Notes: a model not told the origin generated them from the letters alone. Counted from the whole stretch's first letter, positions 28,705-42,786 are shown. The stretch: DNA of 63,918 nt, filler included, from Octopus bimaculoides (GCF_001194135.2; 6 parts of 5 records of this genome joined end to end with filler, not necessarily neighbours in it), one strand, 5' to 3'. Numbers and translations are program-made.

Positions 28705-30740
28705 ATGTGGTGCAAGCATGATTTTTGTAGAGGATAAATGATAGTAAACATCAACATATGTATTGCAGCACGAGTACATGAATAGGAGTATGTTACTCAT
28801 CCTGACACGTTCAGTTCTAAAAATCAAGCAAATGATTCTATGACTCTTCCCTTGCCTCATACAGAAGATATTGTCCCACACATTGGCCAAAGATGCCTCT
28901 ATTTGTTCTTTTGCGGGCAAACAGAAACTTGCTCATCGTTATCATAATCATCAATATTTAACGTCTATTTTCCATGCTGGCATGGGTTGGATGGCTTGAC
29001 AGAAACTGGCAAGGTTAGGGGCCTGCACCAGGTTCCGCAGTATATTTTAGCTTGGATTCTATAGCTGGATGCCCTTCCTAGCACCAACCACTTTACAGAG
29101 TGTACAGGGTGCTTTTTACATGGCACCATCACCAGTGCTTTTTACATGGTACTAGCACCAGTGCTTTTTTATATGGTACCAGAACCCACATCGATGCTTT
29201 TTATGTGTCACCTTGGTTTTAGAATCTCAATTCCTTGTTGGCAATTCATCGATTAATAATTCATAGATATACCAAATCGACTGTAGCAAGACTTGAATTC
29301 ACAATGTAAACTGATGCAACTAAATAATGCAAAGCATTTTTGTTTGTCATTTTAAGAATTCTAACAATGCACATCCTCAATTAATGTGGGAGTTATTTGC
29401 TATGTCTGATTTCATAAAAGGAAATTATAATTAAGCTAGGGATAAAAACAAAAGCAACAACAAAACAATTAGATAAAACAATAAAATAGCTGTGACACTT
29501 CCCCCACATTTTCCCATAGACCTTATAAGAAAAACTTTTACCTAATTCACTGAACTGAGAAAAATCAAAATATGAGTGGGAAATGGTTACAAAAATATAT
29601 AAAGTAAATACTTATTACTAAAAATCTTCATTGTAAAAATACAAAACACTGATAAAGCTTTGAAAGTATTTCTAAAAATAAAATATTATGAGCTAAGCTT
29701 CTTATATATAGAACAATAAACTCACAAAGCTCATAGTTCGACAAATCTTTTTTATACTTTCAATACAATCATGATATTTTTGCCTTTTTAAAAATGGCTC
29801 TTGCTCATCAGTGAATTTCCCACACACAATGTGTAGAATAAGGTTATTAAATGTGGGAAGGTAGGAGATGGCAGAATTGGTGGAGTGCTAGGCCAAATGA
29901 CGGGTACAGAGTTCAAATCCCATGGAAAGTGGGGGCTGACTTTGTCTCTCAGCCTTTGGAAGGGGAAGTCTCTAAAAGAGTATAGTAATAGTAGTTGATT
30001 TACCACAGATCAGTCCTGGTTGAGCAGACTTACAACCAAAGGTATTCAGCTGTGACCCTCTTGTCACTTTACATATACATGCGTGCGTGCATGTGTGTCT
30101 TTCTTTATTTTATAATAGGGAGTGATTTGAAGATTTGGTTGCTATTTCTAGCAAACTGAGTGACCTTGTAGAATAGTCATGGACAAACTGCAGAACATGG
30201 AACTTTCTAAATGATATACCTAATGAAAAATTACTTTGAATTCATTTCGTAGTGCAGCCCATCTGACGATGAGTCATATCTCATTTGACTCACTTCTCAT
30301 AAAGGGTTGCCTATAGTTGTTATAGAAATGCCTTAGTTGTTGTTGTTGCTGCTGTTTAGCCTCAGAAAGCCCTGACTGAACAATGATCAAAGCTGTTCCT
30401 CCATGACAATTCTGTAAGGAACCCAAAAACACATTTTCCAGCATATTTTTTTAAGATGGCATGATGTGCTCAAAGAGATATTTGGGTGCTATTTCTAGCA
30501 AGCTGAGCAGCCTCATAGTTGCATTTCTATTAACTTCATATAGGTATCAGTCAAGTGCTTTTATCCGTCTTAAAAGGATAGAAGACAAAGTTGACCTCCT
30601 CAATAGGACTTGAACTCAGATCATCACAGTGAGTCAAAATGAGACACTGATTAACACTAACAACTTGGCCAATTCATCAACTTGTAATAAAGTTGGAAAT
30701 AATCAGACTACCATTTTATTAGTTAAATATGTAGTTCAGT

Positions 30741-30818
<78 letters not shown>

Positions 30819-30859
30819 TATACATATATATATAAAATTTCAATTTGAAATTATAATTT

Positions 30860-31140
30860 ACTCTCTGATCGAATACTGCAGTTTTCTGCGGTACTGCTCG
30901 TAACATACAATGGGTACAGGGGATAAATATGTATTCACATTTGGCTGTGTAAATTTTGGAAGTGTTGGTTGGATATCTGTTGCACGATATCACTCGATCG
31001 TGTGCATATTTAATCCTAGCACTTTCAAATCTTATATTGGAAATGCTACACTGATGATGAGAAGTAAGTAATTAAACACTTTAATCTCGAAACGCATATG
31101 TGGTTAATCAGAGTCATGTTGATTCATTATTTTTCTCTTT
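30860..31140 (+). mobile_element. Penelope-like element pseudo-LTR remnant
   Basis: A locally CpG-richer segment with ...gcatatttaa... upstream of a CTGATGA...GAAA hammerhead-like core, an arrangement characteristic of PLE pLTRs. No PLE coding sequence was seen. Confidence 0.5.
31045..31104 (+). ncRNA. Candidate minimal type I hammerhead ribozyme
   Basis: GCTACA-CTGATGA-T-GAGA..(22 nt)..TCTC-GAAA-CGCA-TA-TGTGGT. Stem I is GCUACA/UGUGGU, stem II is GAGA/UCUC, stem III is reduced, and the triplet ends in UA. Confidence 0.5.
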
Positions 31141-31781
31141 GCCTACGTAAAAAAGTGTGTTACTGTCTGGGAGATTCTTATGGTAGTAGAAAAGGAATTT
31201 TTAACTCCTATTTCTAAATTCGGTATGTGGTGAAGCAATTAGCTGACCCCTAATTATAATTATGTTTATAATTATAGAATATTTGTATATATATATATAT
31301 ATATATNNNNNNNNNNNNNNNNNNNNNNNNNNNNNNNNNNNNNNNNNNNNNNNNNNNNNNNNNNNNNNNNNNNNNNNNNNNNNNNNNNNNNNNNNNNNNN
31401 NNNNNNNNNNNNNNNNNNNNNNNNNNNNNNNNNNNNNNNNNNNNNNNNNNNNNNNNNNNNNNNNNNNNNNNNNNNNNNNNNNNNNNNNNNNNNNNNNNNN
31501 NNNNNNNNNNNNNNNNNNNNNNNNNNNNNNNNNNNNNNNNNNNNNNNNNNNNNNNNNNNNNNNNNNNNNNNNNNNNNNNNNNNNNNNNNNNNNNNNNNNN
31601 NNNNNNNNNNNNNNNNNNNNNNNNNNNNNNNNNNNNNNNNNNNNNNNNNNNNNNNNNNNNNNNNNNNNNNNNNNNNNNNNNNNNNNNNNNNNNNNNNNNN
31701 NNNNNNNNNNNNNNNNNNNNNNNNNNNNNNNNNNNNNNNNNNNNNNNNNNNNNNNNNNNNNNNNNNNNNNNNNNNNNNNNN

Positions 31782-31822
<41 letters not shown>

Positions 31823-33699
31823 ATGGTCTTCCATACAATTTCTGTCAACCTAATACACTCACAAAACTTTGGTCAACCAAGGGCTATAAAAGACTCGTGC
31901 TGTCACACAATAGAACTGAACCCATAACTACATGGTTGTAAAGCAAGCTTCTTAAACACACAGCCATACTTGCTTTCTTTAACAAGTTTTTGTTTTGTTT
32001 AGCCCTTACTGCATTATGCCAGCCCACAAAAAAAATGTAACAGTCACAAAGCCATACAATACAAAGTATTTTATTTCAATTCTAAATACTGTTCATATAT
32101 TATTAAACTTTTCATGAATACAATCTATTGTACAATCCTCTTTTTTATGAATTTCTTTTTCATCAATACTATTTATTTCTCGTATTATTTAACTGCAATT
32201 AACTGTAGAATAAAAATTAAACTTCATGCATTAATGGGTTAGTATATAAAAGAAAAAATGATGTGGGCAAAATCATTTAGCAATAATCATTGTATCAATT
32301 GTTCTGAGTGTAAGAACTGGGATGGGTGGGTGTTGATAAATTAACTATTCACTTGATTGTAAATATTTCAACTTTAGTTTTATGAGAAAGAAATACACAA
32401 TTAGTTTGAGACATTATATTTTACTTCCTTACATTAGAATCACTATTTCATTATTAATTACTGAGTTCAAGTTTTGGCACAAGGCCAGTAATTTAGGGGA
32501 GATGTAAATCGATTACATTGACCCCCCTCCATCAGTGTTCAACTGGTACTTTTTTTATTGAGCCCCCAAAAGGATGAAAGGCAAATCAACCTCATCAAAA
32601 TTTGAACTCAGAATGTAAAGATGGATGAAATACTGTGAAGCATTTTGTCAAGCATGCTAACGATTTTGTCAGCTCACCACCTTATTTCCATTACTAATTA
32701 TTGGTTTCAAATTTTGGCACAGTGCTAGCAATTTCAGGAGAGGGTGATAGTCAGTTATACCAACCCCTGGTACTTATTTTATTGACCCTGAAAGGATGAA
32801 AGGCAAATCCAACCTTGGTGGAATTTAAAGTCAAAACATAAAGACAGACTAGCTGCAGAAATATATGTCTGGTGAATGGCGACCACACCTGTTCACCGTC
32901 AAGGAAGCACTGGAGATGTCGTAGCCTCAGTGCATGTTTGCTCATTATCAACCACAGCAAGCCCAGGCAACCACTCAGCGAGTGTTGACAGCAGATAGAC
33001 CGCTTGACCATCGGTCAACAAGTGGAAGACTGTATGCTTCAGTGTAAAAACCATAAGAAAAGACATGTGTAGAGAATTCTAGTGTTAGCAATGGTGGCAC
33101 ATGGATGATAATATTTGTAAAGCTACATTCATACATTCACATACCTACACACATACCAAATAGTGGTGTGATACCAGAAGGAATACATGCATCAGCAATT
33201 TTATTAATTATTGACAATTCTAATGATAATTATGACTGTTTTTTTCTATAGCATTTTATTTTGTTTGTTTTTTGTTTGGATGGGTGAGGGCATGTGGAGG
33301 GGGATCAGCAATGGCTGCACAGCAATGCGTGGGATTTTTATATCAATGTCACAAGACTGTTCTATACCTTGCATGAATTTTTTTGGCCTTCTATCTGTCT
33401 CTTTTTTTCTTTTCATACAGGAAAAAAAAAGAAAAAAACCTAACCAAAACTGTTTAGTGTTGTCTCCAAAAGTTCTATATAGCTTAAAAATAATTTTAGC
33501 TTAGAAAAATTACATTCGTAATAAATTTCCCTATCCGTTTATCAGTTCACCCATCCATTTTCAGTGCTCGTTATACCTGGGAAGGTCAGGAGGTAAAGTC
33601 CTCAGGCACCTCCTCCAATAAAGACCTGTCAAAAACAAAGTGTCATTACACTTTCCTACTGGATTCCCAAGCATGATCAACCGAGGTGAAGGACCATCT

Positions 33700-33825
33700 C
33701 CTTCGCAAAAATCCTATTTCAGCAACTTGTATTTGTGACTGTACTTTTTCAGTCATTACCAAACTTTCATGGTTAGAAGTGAGGATAGGTATAAAAACTA
33801 AATTGAAGATAGCAAGTTTGGATTT
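33700..33825 (-). mobile_element. RTE LINE fragment (post-RT region)
   Basis: KSKLAIFNLVFIPILTSNHESLVMTEKVQSQIQVAEIGFLRR matches the RTE pattern P.L.YG.E.W...AEM.FLRR. Confidence 0.7.
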
Positions 33826-34960
33826 TATACCATAATTTTTTTTTATTTTAGAATAAATGTGTTCAAAAATCAATGCAAGAACTATTTGGTATAAAGTAAT
33901 ATTGGTTTCAAATTTTGGCACAAGGCCAGCAAGTTCAAGAGAAGGTGCAAGTCGATTACATTGACCCCAGTGCTCAACTGCTACTTATTTTATTGACCCT
34001 GAGAAGATGAAAGACAAAGTTGACGTTGGCGAAATCTGAACACAGAACAAGACAGATGAAAATACCACTAAGCATTTTGTCTGGCGATTTAACGATTCTG
34101 CCTTAAGTAATATTAAAAAAAATTTGCCTTTCATCAAATGCATTGCTTCTACTAAAGTACCTTAAATTATTTGTAAATGTGGTAAAGTAAAACAATTTCA
34201 AGTTTGCACAAAGTAGCAGTCTGAATGATGGTCTGGATACTGAAGTGGAATTAACCCTTTTGTTATCATATTTCTGTTGAAATACACTGCCTTTGTTTCA
34301 TTGATTTTGTAAATGATGAAGAATTTAGGAAAATACTTTGTCGTTATTATGCTGGTGTTTAGAACATAAATTAACATGGAATTTTGGTGGAAGGTCTTAA
34401 TTCAGATCAATTTAATACAGGAAACTTGTATCATAGAGCCAAGGGTGATTTTTAGATGTTGTTGGCACTCTGTCTAATTAAAAAAAAAAAATTGAACACT
34501 TAAAGCAACTTAACAAATAAGTGTTTTGAAAGAAATAAACTTAATTACATACTGTATTTCCAGCATACAACTTGAATTTTTCATACCAAAATTTACAGCT
34601 CAAAAAAGGTAGATTGGCTTATATCAAGATGACATAGAAGGATTGAAAATTATGCTTGGATGTTTACACAGCATATTTACACTATATACAATGTTGGTTT
34701 GTAATGCCAGAAAATATGGCGAGCCTTTATTTTTGAGATTAAAGTAATGGTAAATATAAAACTGAAGTAAATGTAGCATGAAAGATGAAATTAAAAATAA
34801 ATTAAATTAAAATTACATTGTAAAATATTGAAAAGTTTATTCCTACAAAATTTAGCAATGAAACTTTGCATCCACAGAACAGGAGTTAAAAATGCAAATC
34901 TAAAACCACAAATATGTTGTTCTTAGAAAGGGAATTGCTTCTATCAGTTCCTCCTTTATA

Positions 34961-36247
34961 TCAGGTCATCCCATAAATTCTGTCCGATTTTACCTTTTTT
35001 AAAATTGAATGAAATTTAATAGTATTTTAGAATGTTTAATGGAATTTAAAATTATTTTTATGCATTTGTATACATTTAAACTAATTAAATATTATTTTAC
35101 AGAATAATAGAATTAAAATTTCTTTCATTAAAACCCTTTCTAACATGGAAGTATCCAAAGAGCATTTGAGGCACATAATGTTTTATGAGTACAAAAAAAG
35201 AAAACTCTGCAGCCGAAGTGACTTGAAATATACAGTCAGTTTATGGGAAAGAATGCTTGAATGAAAGAACTTGCAGAAAATGGTTTGCAAAATTCAGAAG
35301 TGGAGATTTCAGTCTTGAAAATGAAGATCGAACAGGACGTCAAGTTGAGTTTGATGATAAACTCCTTGAGGCATTGCTTGAAGAAAATCCTGCATTATCA
35401 GTTAAAGAATTAGCAATAAAGCTTAGTTCAAACCATACAACTGTTCATCATCATCTTCAACAACTTGGAAAGGTTCCTAAACTTGGAAAATGGATGCCTC
35501 ATGAATTGTCTGGAAGCAACCACAAATCCCGAGTTGACATCTGATCTTCTCTCCATTCTCCTGAACTCATTTCACCCTTTTTGGATAGACTTGTGACTAG
35601 TGATGAAAAATGGATCTTCTATCGAAATGTCAAATGTCATAAACAGTGGCTTGGTAAAAGGGGAAAAAACTCAACCACAACCAACGAGGGAACTTCATGG
35701 GAAAAAGGTTCTCTCTATCTGGTGGGATTGCAAAGGAGTAATTCACTTTGAATTGTTACCACCTAATGCAGCAATCAATGCTCAAGTCTACTGTCAGCAA
35801 TTAAAGCATTTGAACTAAGCTTTGAAGAAAAAAAGACCCACTTTAGTGAATCAAAAAGGAGTGATGTTTCATCAGAACAATGTGCGACCCCACACTGCAG
35901 AGATCAAATCACAGAAGATCGAAGAGCTTGGTTGGGAAAAAATTCCTCATCCACCTAATTCTCCCAACCTTGCTCCTTCAGACTACCATTTGTTTCGTAG
36001 TTTACAGAATAATTTCGGGGACATAACTTTCACAAGCCAGGAGGAAGTTGAAACTGACATTTCAGAGTTCTTCACTTTGAAACCAAAAGAGTTTTACATT
36101 GATGGGATTAAAAAGCTTGTAAATAGATGGAAGGAAGTCATAGATAATCAGGGAAAGTACATTGATGGTTAAATTTCAATTAAATATAACATTTGATCAC
36201 TTGTTTTCTTTATTCAAAATTCGGACAGAACTTATGGGATGACCTGA
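34961..36247 (+). mobile_element. Full-length mariner DNA transposon (mellifera-subfamily-like), inactive
   Basis: TA|tcaggtcatcccataaattctgtccga ... tcggacagaacttatgggatgacctga|TA gives about 27-bp TIRs with a TA TSD. The length of 1287 bp is typical of mariners. Confidence 0.95.
35145..36172 (+). pseudogene. Mariner transposase pseudogene (D,D34D type)
   Basis: MEVSKEHLRHIM...WFAKFRSGDFSL...WMPHEL (WVPHEL motif)...TSDEKW...HQNNVRPH (second Asp replaced by Asn)...NSPNLAPSDYHLF (YSPDLAPSDY motif). There are several stops and frameshifts. Confidence 0.93.
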
Positions 36248-37489
36248 TAGAAAACCTTAAATCTGATTTGATTATTTTTAGTATAGAAAATAATAATATT
36301 AATATATGTGGAACTTGAAATTTTAATGTATTAATCACAGTTTATAGTTAGTTGAAGTTGATACTGTTTTACCATCTCAGATTCCACAACTCTGTCTACT
36401 ATGACACAATTGATCTAAGATTAAGAGATTTTATCTTTGATGAGCACTTGAAAGATTTCAAACATGTGTCTGAATTTTTGAGATGAAAAATTATTATTAT
36501 TATTATACACTCCTCTGAAATAATTTCCCCATCCCTTACTGAGATGGCATTTTCTCATTCTTTTTCTGTCTTGCAAGTTACTTGGTGACCTCACTAGTGC
36601 TGATGCCATGAAAGAGCATCCAATACACTCTGTAAAGTGGTTGGGATTAGGAAGTGCATCCAGCTGTAGAGACCTCATCAAAACAGACCCTGGAGATAAC
36701 ACAGCACTCAGGTTAGTTGGATCCTGTCAAACCATCCAATCTATGCCATCATGGAAAATGGATGTTAAATCTTGATGATTACAATGATATTTGGAATAGT
36801 GTCTTCTAAGTTGTTACAGTAATAATAGCTGATTCAAACAGAACATGCTAATGACATCAGAAGTAGAAGCATAACTAACAGAAGAATATCTCTGGTGTGG
36901 ACAAAGGAATGGAAACAATCTGCCTTTGTGTATTTGGGAAAGGAATCAGTTTGCAATTCTGACAATGTTAGCAAATACAACACAAACCAGGAAGAAGGCC
37001 AGAAGGAACAACAGCTGAAATGTTGTAATTATAACCAAGATAAAGAAACTAGTCTGAATATATCATCATCATCAGCATAATTATTAACATCATTGACAAT
37101 GACAGTCATTTACAATGATCATGCTATCTCAATACAGGGAGACACAAACACCGACATACACAAAGGCATAATTGAACATATTGGAAAATTAAAATAAACA
37201 CCAGTATGAAGATTTAGTTCCTACATATGTTTCACCATTGCAGTGATTAGAAACTCCAAATAACTGCAATGATGAAATGTATGTAGGCACTAAATATTTA
37301 TACAAGTGTTTATCTTAACATTCCAATACATATGCTCTGTATATCATAGCTAGTAACACTACTAAATACAGTGGTTGACAAACCACTTATTGGAAGCTGA
37401 CTGAATAATGATAATCTATATGGAGCTCTAACTCATACAGTAATAGTCGAACATCTAAGTGTACACACACCTAACTGGTCACAGAAAAG

Positions 37490-38348
37490 GCCTGACAGCC
37501 ATGACTGGATTCTCCTGCTTGTGTGGTATGGTGCAGAGTCCTGTTGCCAGACACAGGGTTTCCTAGCAGGCACCCTCTTGACCCAGGGCAGCACTACCTC
37601 CTCCAGGCACTTGATGTAGACCTCCATGTTGAGTTTGAGGCCATGTTAGAAGACGAATGGAGGCATAACGTAGCCATCACTAGTGATCACTCCAAACACC
37701 ATGATTTTGACTGGATGTTTGATTTTTATCACTTTTGGTAGAAATTTTCCTTGTCTGAGAAAAACCAAAGCATGTTTAGTTGGGGGGAGGGTGTTTGAGC
37801 TAGTTCAAAAGTTTTGTAGTGCCCTTGATGGCCTGAAATAAAAATTGGCCGTTTCTCATCTTGTATGAGGATTACACATTGTTTTCATGCACTACCTGCC
37901 TGATAAGAAACTTGGACATTCTCATGTCCCTGGCAATGACCCTGACTGACTTGGAGGGATCGTTGTCAATTATGGCCTGGATCTCGCTAACAAATTCAGG
38001 AGTTCTTTTCTTATCAGAATGATCACAGTAAGTTTTCTGAGCTGCCATACCTTCATAATCGCCATTAGACTCATTCATCTCTTTCTGAATCCTCTGCACT
38101 GTCCTCAGATTGACATCTAAACACTCTGAAATGTTTGTATTGGAGCTTCTGACACGAATGCCAAGCAGTACAATATGTCGTTTCCAAATTTTTGGCAGAG
38201 AAAATTGCGTTATGCTGCTTTGTTTTTTTCTCACAGAAGGAGCCCAACTGACTCTACTATACTGTGTAATTGACAAAATAAAAAACAAAGAATGCACATG
38301 CGCGAAATTAAAAGTATAAAATGGTGACAGTTTACCCATCACATCCTG
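37490..38348 (-). mobile_element. maT/DD37D-like Tc1-mariner element, 3'-truncated and internally deleted
   Basis: One end reads TA|CAGGATGTGATGGGTAAACTGTCACC on the minus strand. Fragments encode ...LRTVQRI...KKRTPEFVSEIQAIIDNDPSKSVRVIARDM... and HVMVFGVITSDGYVMPPF...YIKCLEEVVLPWVKR...VWQQDSAPYHTSRRIQSWLS. No matching second TIR was found. Confidence 0.8.
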
Positions 38349-38572
38349 TATAAATAAATATAAACACATACTTATATTACAGGCTTCTTTCAGTTTCTAC
38401 CTCCCATATTAATTCACTCACAAAACAGTGTTTGGCTTGAGGATATAGTAGAAGACACTTGCTCAAGATACCACATTGTGGAATGAACCCAAAAGCATGT
38501 GACTGGGAAACTAACCTGTAAACCACATTGATCATGCCTGCACTTACTCATCAGTAGAGGATAAAGATTTTA

Positions 38573-38749
<177 letters not shown>

Positions 38750-38798
38750 TTATACACTTATTGATTGCTGTTTAGAGGAAAGTATGCAGATTCTGTAA

Positions 38799-38830
<32 letters not shown>

Positions 38831-38929
38831 GAAGGGTGTGTCTGTATGTATGTGTATATATCTGTGCAACTGTAGAAAACTGTGTGGATTAACGTATATG
38901 TTGAAGAAATTACACATGTGTACATGCAA

Positions 38930-39014
<85 letters not shown>

Positions 39015-39735
39015 GGAAAGTTCATAAGCTTTTTAATATGCATGTGTTGGAGAGGTGTGCAAGTGTGCATGTGTGTGTGCTTGTAAGAAAGTGTGTGGCG
39101 TCTGTAATGTGTGTGTGCATGTATGTATGTAATGTGCAAAACCTGGAATCCAACTGTTGATGAAAAAAACAGTTGAAATAAAGTTAGGAGGAATGGTAAA
39201 GTTAATATGCTACGAGGATTGTAGACAGTAATGACGCATTGCTTTGATGATGTTTCATATGAGAATGAACAAATCAGAGCTAAATCTGAAGCTGAAGAAT
39301 TCATCAGGTGCGGAGATGGAACACTAAATAAGTGTTGAGGTGTGAGAGGATGAAGAGGTACAAGAAGGTAGATAAGTAAAACACATCAAACAACCACACA
39401 CAGAATTACAAATACAATGTTAGGTTAAAGTAATGTAGTGTGGAAGTAATGAAGGTGATTGTAGAGAGAGAGAGGCAACGCAACAAAATGGGATGTGTGT
39501 ATGTGTATGTATATATATATATATATATACTCTTTTACGCTTTTACTTGTTCCAGTCATTTGACTGTGGCCATGTGGTGCACCGCCTTTAGTCAAGCAAA
39601 TCAACCCCAGGACTTATTCTTTGTAAGCCTAGTACTTATTCTATCGGTCTCTTTTGCCGAAGTGCTAAGTTATGGGGACGTAAACACACCAACATCGGTT
39701 GTCAAGTGATGTTGTGGAGACAAACACAGACACAA

Positions 39736-39771
<36 letters not shown>

Positions 39772-39869
39772 TCATATATTTGAGCGAATGTATATGTGTT
39801 TGTGTATGTTTATTTAGAAAGATACATAGAAAATAGAATTACAGACATGTGTGCATTTACACATGTATG

Positions 39870-39901
<32 letters not shown>

Positions 39902-40863
39902 AACAGACACACTTAAAAAGGAAGGAAGCAGGCTGTTACCAAGTACAGAAAACTGTGTGTTTGCTAGACTGTGCTACTCATATATATAAATGTATACATA
40001 TGCACACACACACACACACATACACACACAGAGAGGCACACACACACACACACACACAGTCAGACAGAGTTGAAACACTGATTTTATTTTCACTTTTTTG
40101 TACCCTTTTTATATATAAAATACTACAATTAGCCCTCATTTTCGATGGCACAGGGCCAGCTAGTAAACTAAGAATACATAAGCATGTTTATTATGTATAT
40201 ATGTGTGTGTGCATGCATGCTTTAAAATTATTATTTTTATTTTAAATTCAATAATAATAACAATAATAAAATAAATTTTTTTATTCCTTATATTTGTTTA
40301 TTTTATTATATATTTTATTATTTATTTTTACTTATATACTTTAATTGATTATTATCATTATTATTGAATTTGAATATATGCGCAAATGAACACACATGCT
40401 CACACAAATAATAAACATGCTTTTATCTTATTAATCTATACATATGCAGAAATATATATGTGTTACCTCTCACATAAACTTAAACATAATGTTATATGAT
40501 ATAACTATGAATAAATATCTAAATATAAATAATAGTATAATTACTTTAATAACCTTTTACTAATATGCATACATACTTATGAACTAATAAAGTAACTTAG
40601 GAAAGAAACATACATACACACACACACACACACTGTAGCACATAAACAAAGATATCTATACTTGTTTGATATGTATATATACATATACACACACACGTAT
40701 GCACACATGAACATAAATTTTATTTCACTTTTACTTTATTATTGATTTTTATTTTTACTCCTATATACTTTAATTTATATACTCTAATAAGTAACTTATG
40801 AATGAGACATATATATGCAGGCACACACATATTGGTGCATAAACAACTGACATCCATACCTGT

Positions 40864-40916
<53 letters not shown>

Positions 40917-42024
40917 GCACATATGCATATATATGTATATGCACATATGCACACATGTACACAACCCGAACATAAATTTTATTTCAGTTTTATTTTATTT
41001 TATTATTTATTTTTACTCTTATATACTTTAACTTATCATTTATTATTATCATTATTATTATTATTGAATTTAAAATGAAAATAATAACTTTAACGCATGC
41101 ACACGCACACAGACACACACATAATAAACATGCTTATGTATTCTTAATCTATTGGAGTACTTCAACCGATCAAAATGTAATCTTTGTAATGTCCTTGTTC
41201 ATGCCCTTTTTTTTAAACAACTTAAGGTATTTTGAAATGCAAACATTTACATATGCTTTGTAATTTTCTCCAAAATATATCTCAAAAACTCATCCCAGGT
41301 CCTAAATGATACACACTCTCCAATGCTCTTTTCCTTAAACATGTGCTGTTGAAATTAAGATATGTCTAATATACCTGTGTGTCTTTTATGTGACCAAATA
41401 CACTAATATCCTTTCTGATTTTGGCACAGCAATTCTGATTGTAGAGAGCAAGATGAGAGTAGCAGCCTCAATATTTAATTCTAACTTTATTTTATTGATC
41501 CTGAAAGGATGAAAGGCAATGTCAACCTTATAGCTGGAAGAAAAACTGCGAAACATTTTGTCCAGCATTCTAACTATTCCATCAGCTTACTGCCTTATCA
41601 AATATGGTAATATCAAAATAGAAAATGTTATACAGCAAATGCTGTTATGAACTTACACATTGAAATACTAAACAGCCAACTTAATTTCTAATGTGGTGCA
41701 TACCCTTCTCATTTTCCTTATTTGTGTCCGATGACAGAATATCCCATACTTTGGGATATCCCAGAAACAGCTGTAAGACTCTGAATTTTTCCACTAATAA
41801 TAACATTTATGGCTTGAGATATTTGTCTTGCCTTAACATTTGTTGTCCTCTTTAACAATTATATATCTACTATATTCGAAATCTACAATAGTTCCATAAC
41901 TTCCATCTTGGCTACAACCTTGGAGCCCTGGTAATCCATTACAGCACTTACCCAGCGTACCTAGTCATTTAGATCACATGTGAACTAAAGCCCCATATTT
42001 TGTGTGTGTGTATAAATATATATG

Positions 42025-42068
<44 letters not shown>

Positions 42069-42412
42069 ATATATACAAAATGCTATTCTAAACTAGCTGC
42101 TTCCATCACTAATAATGTGTGTATGTACATACACATGCACACATTACTATATTACTGTATTGACCAGGCTATTGGATGTTGTTATGTACCTCTGGTCATA
42201 TTGTGCTTCCTTGTATTGTTACAGGTTTTGAATGATGCTACTCTGCAGGCAGGCTATTATTACCCCTGAGCGGATTGCCAGTCTGTTATAGGGTAACCCA
42301 ATTAACAACTGAGTGAACTGGAGTGACATGAAAGGAAGTGTTTTGCTCAAGAACGCAATGCATCACCTGGTCTGGAAATCAAAATCAGGATTTTTGCAAT
42401 GGTGAGTGCACG

Positions 42413-42448
<36 letters not shown>

Positions 42449-42686
42449 TATCAGTGTGTGTATAACTGCATGTAAGTATATATTTTTGCTTTATTATATG
42501 TTGATATTATTCCTTTATCATAATGGAGTTAGTATATTTTTTCATCATATAACCATTGTAATTGTGAAGCGACTGTGTAAATGAAGGGATGTATATTATC
42601 AACTTATAATGAATTATGCATATATACATATAAATATGTATATATACATACATATAAATATATATACATATTTATATACATATATA

Positions 42687-42786
42687 NNNNNNNNNNNNNN
42701 NNNNNNNNNNNNNNNNNNNNNNNNNNNNNNTTAATTAATTAANNNNNNNNNNNNNNNNNNNNNNNNNNNNNNNNNNNNNNNNNNNN
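42687..42786. other. Artificial scaffold linker
   Basis: 44 N + TTAATTAATTAA + 44 N. Confidence 0.95.

Noticed and set aside
30264-30300. Second hammerhead-like core (CTGACGA-T-GAGTCA...TGACTC)
   Set aside because: No GAAA follows the stem, and it lies within the hAT-like MITE family.
41700-41760. Minus-strand segment with a gtatgc donor as a candidate upstream PLK exon
   Set aside because: The translation (DILSSDTNKENEK) has no kinase motif and no convincing acceptor.
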